DNA of 41,341 nt from Candidatus Kaiserbacteria bacterium (GCA_007116405.1 SKIN01000038.1:1-41341); one strand, 5' to 3'. Shown: positions 26,076-35,112, counted from the first letter of the stretch. Numbers and translations are program-made. The notes: a model not told the origin generated them from the sequence alone.

Positions 26076-27071
26076 CTATCGCAGCATTGCTACTATTGCA
26101 GCGGCAAGCTTGTTGGGGTCATGACGGATGAGCGTGCGCCGGAGGGGGTCGCTCCGCGTGGGAACATGGAGTGTTTCGCTAAGGAGGTCGGCTCCGACGT
26201 ACGTGATACCCCGCGCTTCCCTGCCCGCACAGAGTACGGGCTCCCCTTCGTCAACATACCGTTTGAGAAGTCGGGGTGAGATGGGAGTGGTGTTGTATAA
26301 TACGACGTCGATACTACGACGAGTTGTGGCAAGTCGCTCTATTTCCTCGACATAGCGGGCACAGGTAAACCCATCGGTGTGCCCGTGTTTGTTCATGAGA
26401 TTGGCGACGAACACCTTCGGAGCCTTTGCACGTTTGAGCGCCTGTGGAAGGCCACGTACAAGCATGTTTGGGAGCAGTGATGAATACAGGTTGCCGGGAC
26501 CGATGATGATAAGGTCTGCTTCACGTATCGCGCTTCTCGCCCGGGGATTGAGGGCGGCCTCGGGTCTAAGGCCCATATCCTTGACTCCGAACTTGGAAAC
26601 GAGTAAGTACCCCGCAAGCGCATCTTCTCCTTTGAGCACCTTACCGTTGCCGAGCTTGGTCACCAGCTCCGTCTTGTCGAGCGTAATGGGAAGTACGGTG
26701 CCACGTATCTTGAGTATCTTTCCCGCTTCTTCGACAGCTCGGTCGATCGAGCCCGATACTTGTTCGAGTGCACTGATGAAAATGTTGCCGAAGGTGTGCC
26801 CTTTCAATGACCCTCGGGGAAAACGATGCGTGAAGAGCGCGCGCATGGTCTCATCCCCTTCAGACAGTGCCACCAAGCACTGGCGCAGGTCACCGGGGGG
26901 AAGGACCCCCAACTCGTCCCGCAACATCCCCGTAGAGCCACCGTTGTCAGACATCGTGACAATAGCGGTAATGTCGACGTCGTGCTCTTTAAGGCCCGAG
27001 AGCAACGCAAAGTGGCCGGTGCCGCCGCCAATGGTGACAATTCGCTTCGTTCGTGTGGTTGTCTCTGACAT
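26076..27071 (-). CDS. yvcK: YvcK / CofD-like (UPF0052, gluconeogenesis-factor family) protein
   Basis: IVTIGGGTGHFALLSGLKEHDVDITAIVTMSDNGGSTGMLRDELGVLPPGDLRQCLVAL, IIIGPGNLYSSLLPNML. Confidence 0.92.
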   Translation of the reverse strand: MSETTTRTKRIVTIGGGTGHFALLSGLKEHDVDITAIVTMSDNGGSTGMLRDELGVLPPGDLRQCLVALSEGDETMRALFTHRFPRGSLKGHTFGNIFISALEQVSGSIDRAVEEAGKILKIRGTVLPITLDKTELVTKLGNGKVLKGEDALAGYLLVSKFGVKDMGLRPEAALNPRARSAIREADLIIIGPGNLYSSLLPNMLVRGLPQALKRAKAPKVFVANLMNKHGHTDGFTCARYVEEIERLATTRRSIDVVLYNTTPISPRLLKRYVDEGEPVLCAGREARGITYVGADLLSETLHVPTRSDPLRRTLIRHDPNKLAAAIVAMLR

Positions 27072-27091
27072 ACAGATGTGGGGCTATTAGT

Positions 27092-27100
27092 CCTATACCA
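27092..27100 (-). promoter_or_regulatory. Candidate extended -10 TGGTATAGG, 20 nt upstream of the yvcK ATG
   Basis: Minus strand reads GCCATGGTATAGG-ACTAATAGCCCCACATCTGT-ATG. It lies directly downstream of the terminator at 27143..27173. Confidence 0.35.
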
Positions 27101-27142
27101 TGGCAGACTTTGCCCTCCGTAGCAAGCACTCTGACCACGCAC

Positions 27143-27173
27143 ATAAAAAGAACCGCCGGCGCAGGCCGGCGGT
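27143..27173 (-). terminator. Rho-independent terminator after the HAD hydrolase gene
   Basis: Minus strand ACCGCCGGC-CTGC-GCCGGCGGT (9-bp perfect stem) followed by TCTTTTTAT, 5 nt after the stop at 27178. Confidence 0.8.
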
Positions 27174-27177
27174 GATG

Positions 27178-27837
27178 TCAGAGGTGTACGGTACGTGTTG
27201 TCAGACCGTGAGCATCAAGTATGTGACGCAAGCGTATCGGTTCGTGTTCGAGCAGGCTGAAGTACGCGGTTGTTCCTCCCATGGCCGAGAACGTTGCAAG
27301 ATTGTCTCGTATATCATCAATATAGAGTACTTGCTCGGGCCGGACATGCGCCCGCGCGAGCGCTCGTTCAAAGAACTTCTTGCTTGGCTTACGCACCTGT
27401 ACGTCCGGATCGTAACTCCGGATGTATTCCTCGGGCCGGAAGAGGCGCACCGAAGGAACCCGTTCCAAGTAGTTCCAATGCAGCTCCATGGTATTCGACG
27501 TCAAGAACTTACGCACTCCATGCCGGAGATCCTGTATCGCCTCCAGTATCACTGAGGGTGGGTCGAGAAAGATGTCCCCCATCCATTCAGCAAATACCTC
27601 GTAGCTAACCTGTTCCGGCAAATCGAGGTCGCGTGCGAGTATTTCGTAGAACATCCTACCGGATATGGTGCCCGTCTCGAGTGGGTCAACCCATTCGGGA
27701 CGCACATAAGTTTCAAGTAGTTCTTCGACCGTACGGCCGGAGTGTCTCGCCAGCTCTTCACATGACCGCCGGATACTGAATTCCACAAGTACATTCCCCA
27801 CATCAAAGAATACAGTGTTTATGGTCCTCTCCATCAT
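27178..27837 (-). CDS. HAD-superfamily hydrolase
   Basis: Motif I VFFDVGNVLV and a C-terminal YIDDIRDN (motif IV-like). The SD GAGGAG lies 3-4 nt upstream of the ATG. Confidence 0.85.
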   Translation of the reverse strand: MMERTINTVFFDVGNVLVEFSIRRSCEELARHSGRTVEELLETYVRPEWVDPLETGTISGRMFYEILARDLDLPEQVSYEVFAEWMGDIFLDPPSVILEAIQDLRHGVRKFLTSNTMELHWNYLERVPSVRLFRPEEYIRSYDPDVQVRKPSKKFFERALARAHVRPEQVLYIDDIRDNLATFSAMGGTTAYFSLLEHEPIRLRHILDAHGLTTRTVHL

Positions 27838-27864
27838 ACTCTCCTCGTTCGTTGTCCTAGGATG

Positions 27865-27873
27865 ACTATGTCA
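27865..27873 (-). promoter_or_regulatory. Candidate extended -10 TGACATAGT for the HAD gene, inside the palindrome ATGAC-TAT-GTCAT of the divergent intergenic region
   Basis: Read directly. It is followed by an SD-containing leader of about 27 nt (27838..27864). Confidence 0.35.
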
Positions 27874-27919
27874 TACATGCCATACATACACCAGATGCGT
27901 ACTCCGCACCCATATTCTG

Positions 27920-27928
27920 TGATACAGT
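27920..27928 (+). promoter_or_regulatory. Extended -10 TGATACAGT, 9 nt upstream of ATG 27938
   Basis: Plus strand reads TGTGATACAGT-ATTTTTTAT-ATGAAG. No SD. Confidence 0.4.
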
Positions 27929-27937
27929 ATTTTTTAT

Positions 27938-29056
27938 ATGAAGATCGTCATCGCTACACCGGTATTTCCACCCGAACTGCATGCGGACGCGCAACGCCTC
28001 TTTGGCCTTGCGACACACCTTGCGAAGGAGCATACGGTACACGTGGTCACGTACGGAACAAGTCACGTGCCGACAGCCGATGTCTCCGTCACCTGTGTAG
28101 ACCGGCATGTACCGCTACGCAAGCGTATTCGGGCGTTCACGAAAGCACTTATTGAAGCTTGCGACGGCGCTGATGTTCTATACGTACACGGCAGCGGCAT
28201 CATAGGACTCTCCGCGCTACGGGCACGGCGCAAGCGCCGCGTACGACTCGTGATACACGTACCACATGACGCGGTATGGGAGTACGCGTCTCGATACTTC
28301 AATGAACCCCCATCGGAGCTGCTGGAGGATCTCTACGCTGACATGAGCGTCCGTGCACTACTGCTTGGGTACGCACAACGGTTCTTGTTGCGTCGGGCTG
28401 ACACCATCATAACCGAGACACAACGGCATGCCCGCCTCCTCGAACGAAGATACGGCATTAAACCGGGTGTCTGTGCTGTGGCTCCCACTCGGGCGCAGGA
28501 CCCCGTTGTGCTGCCGTTTACTCCTGCACGTCGTGTGCATAAACTACTCCTCACCATCCCCTCCGACGAGAGCAGAATACTTGCCGGGGAGTTGCACGCG
28601 CTCGAGGTGCTGCAGCAGCGATACCCGGATACGGAACTCGTGCTCTTGCGGACGACATGCTCGAACTTTAGAACGGAGGAAGCAAGCGGAAAGAACATAC
28701 GCTGCCTCAGTGCCACGACTCGTGCCGAACGCTGGTACGAAGCACAGACCGCCGACGCACTCGTGATGCTCGACCACAGCTTTGCCGACCAACGCGCGCT
28801 CGTGGACCTCCTTGGGATGGGGATACCCATCGTCGCATCAGAGACCGGACTGTGTGCGGAACTCTTTGGTCTCAATGTCGTACATGGGTATGAACCGGAG
28901 AAACCGGATACCTTGACCGAAGTGCTCGCGGGTCTCTTTGATGATCCGGCACAAGGTGAACGCAGTGTCCGCGCGGGCACCGCTCTCCTTAGCGAACGCC
29001 ACAGTGCAACACAACACATGCAGGATGTATTGGCCATCTTTCAAAAAGGATCATGA
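27938..29056 (+). CDS. GT-B (GT4-like) glycosyltransferase
   Basis: MKIVIATPVFPPELHADAQRLFGLATHLAKEHTVHVVTYG and C-terminal LLGMGIPIVASETGLCAELFG. Confidence 0.85.
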   Translation: MKIVIATPVFPPELHADAQRLFGLATHLAKEHTVHVVTYGTSHVPTADVSVTCVDRHVPLRKRIRAFTKALIEACDGADVLYVHGSGIIGLSALRARRKRRVRLVIHVPHDAVWEYASRYFNEPPSELLEDLYADMSVRALLLGYAQRFLLRRADTIITETQRHARLLERRYGIKPGVCAVAPTRAQDPVVLPFTPARRVHKLLLTIPSDESRILAGELHALEVLQQRYPDTELVLLRTTCSNFRTEEASGKNIRCLSATTRAERWYEAQTADALVMLDHSFADQRALVDLLGMGIPIVASETGLCAELFGLNVVHGYEPEKPDTLTEVLAGLFDDPAQGERSVRAGTALLSERHSATQHMQDVLAIFQKGS

Positions 29057-30048
29057 AGCAATTCAACCAAGAGACGTGGGAGGCATACCTTGAAAAGGAA
29101 CTTGGTGTCCTTGTACCACTCCTTGCCAGCGAGGGGGTGACTCTCGATGAAGACCCGTATCTTCCAGGTGCCTATGCAGTGCCTGAAGCGCCGATACTCA
29201 CACTGCTCGGCACTCACACCGAAAGCGGAAAGCGGGTGGTGGTGCAGGTGACTTCCGACCCGGGTACCGCAAAAGAGCTGACGCGCGACACCGAGCGCCG
29301 CGAATGTGTCGAGCGACACGGGTGCCTTCCCCTCACTATACGTCTGCCGGAGGAAGTTGCGTTTGGAAGACGTGACATGCACACGTTCATGGTGACTGAA
29401 TACCTCTATGAAGATCGATCGTTTTCAGAGCTGTCCCTTGAAGATGCATTCTTTTTTGCACTCCGCATCCTTGAGGCACAAGAACAAACTCCTCCGATGC
29501 CGTATCGGGCAATGCGTGCCGCAAACAAGCTCTTTGATACCTACACAGCGGAGCGTTATGTGAACACCCTGCAGCGGTATCGCCGGGAAGTGTCGAAACT
29601 GCTCTCTGAACACCAGCAGACGCAGGAAATGCTCGCTTTGGCCGGAGCGACACTACTGCGTGAACGGGAGCGCATTGACCGTTATACGGGCACCCTACTC
29701 TACCGCAAAGCATCTCCGGAGACTGTACGCATCTCCGATGGAGAGATGTACCTTCTCGACCACGCCCTCTTCCATTTTGGCAACCGATATGAGAGCTGGG
29801 CACATTTCATTAATTACTGCGCTCTACACCGACCCGAGGTCGAGGCCGCGCTTGTCGACTATGTGCACGCCAATCGCGGCCCTGAGGTTGCAGAGGTGCT
29901 CCGCATCATGCGACTCTTCACTCTCGTGGAAGTGATACATGAGGATGCTCGTGCTCGCGAACGGGTAGAAGCGAACAAGGTCGCTGACATCGAAGTCCGT
30001 ATCGATTTTTGGACCGCCGTACTGCAAACTCAATTATCGACACGATAG
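29053..30048 (+). CDS. Hypothetical protein with an aminoglycoside-phosphotransferase/protein-kinase-like fold and a non-canonical catalytic loop
   Basis: ATGA overlap with the GT gene. LLYRKASPETVRISDGEMYLLDHALFHFGNRYESWA aligns to APH(3')-II [40 protein letters not shown]..N becomes YRK..T, while the metal-binding D (LLDH) is kept. Confidence 0.6.
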   Translation: MKQFNQETWEAYLEKELGVLVPLLASEGVTLDEDPYLPGAYAVPEAPILTLLGTHTESGKRVVVQVTSDPGTAKELTRDTERRECVERHGCLPLTIRLPEEVAFGRRDMHTFMVTEYLYEDRSFSELSLEDAFFFALRILEAQEQTPPMPYRAMRAANKLFDTYTAERYVNTLQRYRREVSKLLSEHQQTQEMLALAGATLLRERERIDRYTGTLLYRKASPETVRISDGEMYLLDHALFHFGNRYESWAHFINYCALHRPEVEAALVDYVHANRGPEVAEVLRIMRLFTLVEVIHEDARARERVEANKVADIEVRIDFWTAVLQTQLSTR

Positions 30049-30092
30049 GAGATATTCCGGTCGCACGGGAGGATCCTGCCTCTTCTCACCTG

Positions 30093-31544
30093 TTATTGTT
30101 TTCCGTCCTCTATCTCTATCTCGATATCTGAAAGTGGATCGTCTTCGACGCGTTCCCTGCGTGTGATGGTGATCATGACAAAGACCGCAAGGATGCTTAC
30201 AACTAGCGCAAGTACCGACCACCATAGGAAGGACGCGGAGTCATCTTCTCGTGCAACCACAGCGATGACCTCATCCTGCACCGGTTCCTCGGCTTGCTCC
30301 TGTTGCTCGATCGCGGGTGGCGGAGGAGGTGTGGCGGTGGCAACAGGTACGGCTCTCTGTATCTCGGGACTCGTTGCCGCTTCAGCGAGCACCATGGGTT
30401 CAACGGTACGGAAGGTGGAAAAAACGGCGCCGCTCGGATGGAGAAGTGTGACAAGTGAACGAGAGGCTCTGCTGAGACCGGTCACGGCTGAGTGAAAACG
30501 AATAGTGTGGTCCGCAAGGATGCGGGTGCTGTCCGGGATACGAAACCGTACATCGCCTGCAACCAGGGTGAACCCGGAAAGGTCAACCTCTACAGCACTC
30601 TTGTTCTGTACCTCGATGTACTCATCCGTCGCGCCGATGATGTCGAGTTCCGGGGCGGCAACGCGTACGACCATGCGCGCCTCCGCGGAAAGTTCACGGG
30701 TGAAGTTGGTGCGTTTTCCTACTACCAAGACCGCGTAAGAGCCCGGGTAGCGATAGGTGTGTGTTGGAGTGGCTCCACGCACCACTGTGCCGTCGCCAAA
30801 GTTCCAGACCGCTTCATGAAGGTCGGTCTCGGTGCCTCCCTCCCGGAATGCCTGGACACGAAACGTGGTGGGAACCCCGGCGGTGACTGTCTGCTCAAGC
30901 GGCAACAGAAGCGTGAGTGCGGGCTCCAAACGAACGCGCACTGTACCGCCGTCGACCGTTGATGACTCTATGGTGCGTACACTGCTCCCGATCGCGGGTG
31001 GTGATACAGAGGTGGATGGTGGACTCTGCCCTGCCGCAGGTTCAGGAGCGCGCGGTGTCCCTCCCCCCATTCCCGGAGTGGGTGGCGCAGTAATGAAGCT
31101 ACTCACCGGGGGGTTGCCGGAACGCTGTAAGGTGTCTTTGGTGACATTGTCACCGCCTATCGCCCAGTTGTCCGACCCGTCCACGCGGTCAATGAGGACA
31201 CCATTTGCATCGCGGAGTTCAAGTATCTCGCCTGTATTCCCGAGTGCGCCGGTGTAGATGAGGAATGCCGGAATGCCGGGCACAGTATCATCACTGGTGC
31301 GCTCAAGGAGCGCGAAACTGTTCTCACGGAGAGTGCCGGAGAGCTTGATGTGCGGCTGACCATCGACAGCCGAGAGCGTCCATCCGTCGAGAGTTTGTGT
31401 GGAACCGGTATTGTAGAGTTCTATCCATTCGGCATTTGCATTACTCGCGCTTCCCATCCACGCCACTTCACTGATGACTATCGACGCATGCGAAATAAAC
31501 GGTACACTCGCGGCAATGATGGCCGCGATGAATGCGTAGGGCAT
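30093..31544 (-). CDS. Surface protein: signal peptide, lamin-tail domain (LTD), PKD-like domain, second LTD-like domain, C-terminal TM anchor with an acidic cytoplasmic tail
   Basis: IVISEVAWMGSASNANAEWIELYNTGSTQTLDGWTL (LTD), AVWNFGDGTVVRGATPTHTYRYPGSYAVLVVG (PKD), DEYIEVQNKSAVEVDLSGFTLVAGD (LTD), TM WWSVLALVVSILAVFVMITI, and tail RRERVEDDPLSDIEIEIEDGKQ. Confidence 0.85.
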   Translation of the reverse strand: MPYAFIAAIIAASVPFISHASIVISEVAWMGSASNANAEWIELYNTGSTQTLDGWTLSAVDGQPHIKLSGTLRENSFALLERTSDDTVPGIPAFLIYTGALGNTGEILELRDANGVLIDRVDGSDNWAIGGDNVTKDTLQRSGNPPVSSFITAPPTPGMGGGTPRAPEPAAGQSPPSTSVSPPAIGSSVRTIESSTVDGGTVRVRLEPALTLLLPLEQTVTAGVPTTFRVQAFREGGTETDLHEAVWNFGDGTVVRGATPTHTYRYPGSYAVLVVGKRTNFTRELSAEARMVVRVAAPELDIIGATDEYIEVQNKSAVEVDLSGFTLVAGDVRFRIPDSTRILADHTIRFHSAVTGLSRASRSLVTLLHPSGAVFSTFRTVEPMVLAEAATSPEIQRAVPVATATPPPPPAIEQQEQAEEPVQDEVIAVVAREDDSASFLWWSVLALVVSILAVFVMITITRRERVEDDPLSDIEIEIEDGKQ

Positions 31545-31548
31545 TGTG

Positions 31549-33600
31549 TTATGAGAGATTAGGTCTGTCGACTCGTAAGATCGCTTCGAGTTCTTTCTTT
31601 GGCACTTCAGGAGGTGCCGTCGTTGTTTCCTGCTTTGGGGCGACGCGCTCGGACGCTTTCAATGCGGGAGGTGCAGTGACCGCAACATCGAGCGGACGCT
31701 CTTTCTCCGGGGTGGGCGAAACGGGTGGTGTGGCGATTGCAGGCTCGGGAGTACCCGGTTCCGTTTGCTTTGGGACTGTCTTCTGTGCCTGTGTGGGCGC
31801 TTCTTTGGTGAGCTTGGCGAGCAGATTCCGCAATTCACCTTTATCCTCTTCTGTTGCTCCCTTGCCATCATCACGCCGCACAGGAGGAGTTGGTTTGGTC
31901 ATGGGACTTGGTTCCGGCCTCACCGGGGGTGCCTGCTTGCGCTCTTGTTGGGGGCGAGGAGGGTCGCCCGTCGAACGCCCGGTCGCTTCGTTGGTCAACT
32001 TGGCGAGTATGTCGCGGAGCCCCTCCGAACGCACGGGGGGCGTGTGGTTCATGGTGGTTACCGGTGCCTCGCGTGGTCGTTCGGGGGAAGCAAGAGAACG
32101 TGTGAGCGTCCGCGTGGCTGCCCCGGGATGCGGCCTGTTTGGTGCACCTGTTCCGCTACGAACTGTCCGCGGAGCTGCCGGTGGCCGACTGGAGACCGGG
32201 GGCGCGCCCCCAGCACGTTCCGCTCGACGTTCCGCTCGTGCCCGCTCTTTTGTCTCTGCGTCGGGGTCCTCGTACTTCTTGCCAACCCATGTGCTGATGT
32301 CTTCTTCGACCTCGGCTCGTGGACGGGAGTACTGCGCACGCGAGAACGCGATGACGCGGTCGCCGTGGTCGACCTCCGGTGCTTCGATGGGCGGCATCGT
32401 GACAGCGCTGAACGGCTGACTCGACACGCCATCGATCATGAGTTTCAGGTATATTTGGCGGGCGCCAAGGTTCACCAGATCATCGGCCGTAAAGACGGGA
32501 GCGAACTCCTTTTCCAGCACTTCGGCATCGTAGCTTCCCACTCGAAACGCCATCATGGTGCCGACGTTTCCGAATACAGCGGCTCGAACCTCGTCCTCCA
32601 TTTGCTCTATATACTGGTGCGCTATGGTGAGTGCGAGCTTGTATTTACGCGCCTCGGAAAGGATGTCCGCAAACGATCGGTTGGCAAAGTTCTGAAACTC
32701 GTCGACGTACAGGTAGAACGGCGGAAGGAGTCGGGCCTCCGATGCCGGCACATCGGCGCGGCTCATGGCGGCGAGGTAGATCTTGGTGATGAGCATGCTC
32801 CCCAACAGGTTTGCGTTGCCCTCACCGACCCTACCCTTTGAAAGGTTCACGATAAATATCTTGCGCTCGTCCATGAGTGTGCGTATATCAAACGCACTCT
32901 GCTCCTGGCCGATTATGTTGCGCACCAGTGCGTTTGAGGCGAACTGTCCTATCTTGTTTTGAATGGCAGGTGTCGCCTCTTGGGTGTAGCGGTCGGTGTA
33001 CTTACTGTACTCATCGACCCAAAAACTGCGCACTGACGGATCACTGATCTGTGCAATGACATTCTTGCGGTACTCCTTGTCGATGTACATGCGGTTGACA
33101 CCGAGGAGTGTCGCGCCGGGATACTCGAGGAGAGCGGCAAGTGTGTTCTGCAGGATGTAGGCCATACGCGCACTCCACGCATCGACCCATATCTTTTCGA
33201 ACGTACTCATGAGGCCGGCCACGACGAAGTGACGCTTATCCGCACCCACGTTCTCAAGGACGTTGAACGAGATCGGATACTGCATGTCAAACGGGGCGAA
33301 GTACAGGACGTCTTTGACACGCTCTTCCGGAACGTATTGGAGAAGTTTCTCCGCGGTGCCCCCGTGCGGATCGATGAAGCAGATGCCTTCCCCGTTCCTG
33401 ATGTCCTGAATGGCCATGTTCTCAAGAAGGGTGCTCTTGCCCATGCCCGTCTTTCCGATGACGTAGGAGTGCCGAGACCTGTCCTCTTTCTTTATGCCGA
33501 AGGGTGTTCGCTTATTGCGCGTGTCCGTTACCGCAAAATAGGTAACATGCTCGTCGTCGGGTACGTCTGTATGTGGTGAGGAGAACTCAGGGGGTGTCAT
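31549..33600 (-). CDS. TraD/TrwB/VirD4-like (type IV coupling protein-like) P-loop NTPase without TM segments, with a C-terminal Pro-rich disordered tail of about 230 aa
   Basis: Walker A IGKTGMGKSTLLENMAIQD..CFIDPHG, Walker B FYLYVDEFQNF, LALTIAHQY. The tail is ...APPVSSRPPAAPRTV... with a repeated LR(D/N)(I/L)LAKLT(N/K)EA motif. Confidence 0.8.
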   Translation of the reverse strand: MTPPEFSSPHTDVPDDEHVTYFAVTDTRNKRTPFGIKKEDRSRHSYVIGKTGMGKSTLLENMAIQDIRNGEGICFIDPHGGTAEKLLQYVPEERVKDVLYFAPFDMQYPISFNVLENVGADKRHFVVAGLMSTFEKIWVDAWSARMAYILQNTLAALLEYPGATLLGVNRMYIDKEYRKNVIAQISDPSVRSFWVDEYSKYTDRYTQEATPAIQNKIGQFASNALVRNIIGQEQSAFDIRTLMDERKIFIVNLSKGRVGEGNANLLGSMLITKIYLAAMSRADVPASEARLLPPFYLYVDEFQNFANRSFADILSEARKYKLALTIAHQYIEQMEDEVRAAVFGNVGTMMAFRVGSYDAEVLEKEFAPVFTADDLVNLGARQIYLKLMIDGVSSQPFSAVTMPPIEAPEVDHGDRVIAFSRAQYSRPRAEVEEDISTWVGKKYEDPDAETKERARAERRAERAGGAPPVSSRPPAAPRTVRSGTGAPNRPHPGAATRTLTRSLASPERPREAPVTTMNHTPPVRSEGLRDILAKLTNEATGRSTGDPPRPQQERKQAPPVRPEPSPMTKPTPPVRRDDGKGATEEDKGELRNLLAKLTKEAPTQAQKTVPKQTEPGTPEPAIATPPVSPTPEKERPLDVAVTAPPALKASERVAPKQETTTAPPEVPKKELEAILRVDRPNLS

Positions 33601-33606
33601 ACCGTA

Positions 33607-33612
33607 AGTATA
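33607..33612 (-). promoter_or_regulatory. -10 hexamer TATACT, 6 nt upstream of ATG 33600 (leaderless)
   Basis: Minus strand reads CTCATTTATACT-TACGGT-ATGACACCC. Confidence 0.45.
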
Positions 33613-33699
33613 AATGAGAAGGGTATCTCGACAAAGGCGCCTGGCGGTATTGTCTGCGCCGTTCTTTCAGGTCACTCGACTGTAGCGCGCCGTGACGCG

Positions 33700-35112
33700 T
33701 TAGGCATCCAGTAATGCCTCGCGTGTGTACCTGTTGCTGGGCGCCCACAGCATCCATGAGTGAAGACCCACGTCGTAGGTTGCCTGGATCTGGGCGCGTA
33801 CTTCCGCCGGACCGTAGGTGCCTCCGTAGTTAAAGTCCTGCAGCCAAGGACGGATGATATTGGGGTCATAGACCTCTTTGGTGTAATACCCGGTGAAGAC
33901 CTCCTTAGTGGTGGTCGCCGTCCCTGTCGCTGTGGGCGGAACGATGACGGTCTCCATGATGGGGGTTCCGCCAAAGTGTGGCACGCGCGTCCTGTCGGCA
34001 ACCGCGCGCTGGACGCCGCTTGCAAGCACATACTTGATGAGTTCGTAGGGTACAGTGTTCGGGTTCGCCCAGCCGTTGAACCCGCGCGGATAGTGACTCG
34101 GATAGACCATAGGGGCGATGTAGTCAAAATAGGGCATGGCACGCTCGAGCACTTGCCCTATACCGAGGTCGTCGAAATTAGTGGTGACCATACCGAATAG
34201 ATCCGCTGAGATAATTGGGGGCTCGACTCCGGCGGGAAAGTTGTTCGGGTCGCGCATCTCCTGCGAGAGGTAGACAAAGAATTCTTCGAGCGCCTCCGCC
34301 TTTACTCTGTCACCTGACCATTCGTACTTGATGTTGCCCATAGGGCCATCGGAGGGATAGCGGATGTAGTCGTAGTTGAGCTCGTCGAAGCCGAGGGCGT
34401 GCGCTTCTTTACTGATAGTGAGTATGTAGTCCCAGAAGGGTTTCGCACCGACGTCGATAAAAGCAAGGCCCTTGTGATCCTTCCAAATGGCGCCGGGAGG
34501 GTCGGCAAACTTGACCGCCAATTCCGGATGTTTGTTGGCGTAGAACGGATCTTGGAACACAGTGATACGTCCGATGACAAAGATACCTTTCTCATGGAGC
34601 GTGGCGATAAAGCCTTTCATGTCGCGGGCACCGCATTTGTCGGACACTGAGTCACGCAGGTCCGGGTGGTCAGTGGTAAATGCAAGCTTGCCTGTGTAGT
34701 CCTTGATGTCGATCATCACCGCATTGAGCTCCGTTTCCTCAATGAGGTGCACCAGTTCCGAGCGGAACCATGGGGTACCGACAACGCACTGGGTCATGTA
34801 AATGGCCCGCACCGAGTCCGGTATGGGGACGTAGTTTGGAATGGTTGTGGCGATAGGGCGCTCCGGGGTTGTGGTCGCTACGACAGACTCGGTCTCTATC
34901 TGCTCTACCGGCTCAACGGCCACCACGCCATCATCCTTCACCGCTCGAGGGTCACGCGGGTCGTAGACCACCTCGTGGAAGGTGGGGAGTATGAAAAAGA
35001 GTCCGGCACCTGCTGCAGTAGCAACGGTCCCAAGGACAACTACCATTTTCCCCGATGGACCTCGGGGAGGACGCCGCTTATTGTTCTCTGTCTGCGCTCT
35101 GGACATGTTCAT
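33700..35112 (-). CDS. Membrane-anchored putative glycoside hydrolase-like TIM-barrel protein (DUF4015 / GHL family)
   Basis: AIYMTQCVVGTPWFRSELVHLIEETELNAVMIDIKDYTGKLAFTT, GFDELNYDYIRYP, APMVYPSHY. N-terminal basic segment plus TM VVVLGTVATAAGAGLFFILP. The start is ambiguous (35112, 35106 or 35046). The track start at 35247 would run through the upstream gene. Confidence 0.78.
   Translation of the reverse strand: MNMSRAQTENNKRRPPRGPSGKMVVVLGTVATAAGAGLFFILPTFHEVVYDPRDPRAVKDDGVVAVEPVEQIETESVVATTTPERPIATTIPNYVPIPDSVRAIYMTQCVVGTPWFRSELVHLIEETELNAVMIDIKDYTGKLAFTTDHPDLRDSVSDKCGARDMKGFIATLHEKGIFVIGRITVFQDPFYANKHPELAVKFADPPGAIWKDHKGLAFIDVGAKPFWDYILTISKEAHALGFDELNYDYIRYPSDGPMGNIKYEWSGDRVKAEALEEFFVYLSQEMRDPNNFPAGVEPPIISADLFGMVTTNFDDLGIGQVLERAMPYFDYIAPMVYPSHYPRGFNGWANPNTVPYELIKYVLASGVQRAVADRTRVPHFGGTPIMETVIVPPTATGTATTTKEVFTGYYTKEVYDPNIIRPWLQDFNYGGTYGPAEVRAQIQATYDVGLHSWMLWAPSNRYTREALLDA

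Noticed and set aside
30049-30092. A bidirectional terminator in the convergent junction between the kinase-like gene and the LTD gene.
   Set aside because: Only a 4-6-bp stem with G.U pairs (GGGAGG-ATCCTG-CCTCTT) and no U-tract on either strand. This is too weak to call.
31549-33600. The TraD/VirD4-like ATPase as a marker of an integrative conjugative element or plasmid.
   Set aside because: No relaxase, VirB4/VirB-type genes, integrase, recombinase, att-like repeats or tRNA target are present in the window. The flanking genes are ordinary chromosomal genes on the same strand with the same promoter style.
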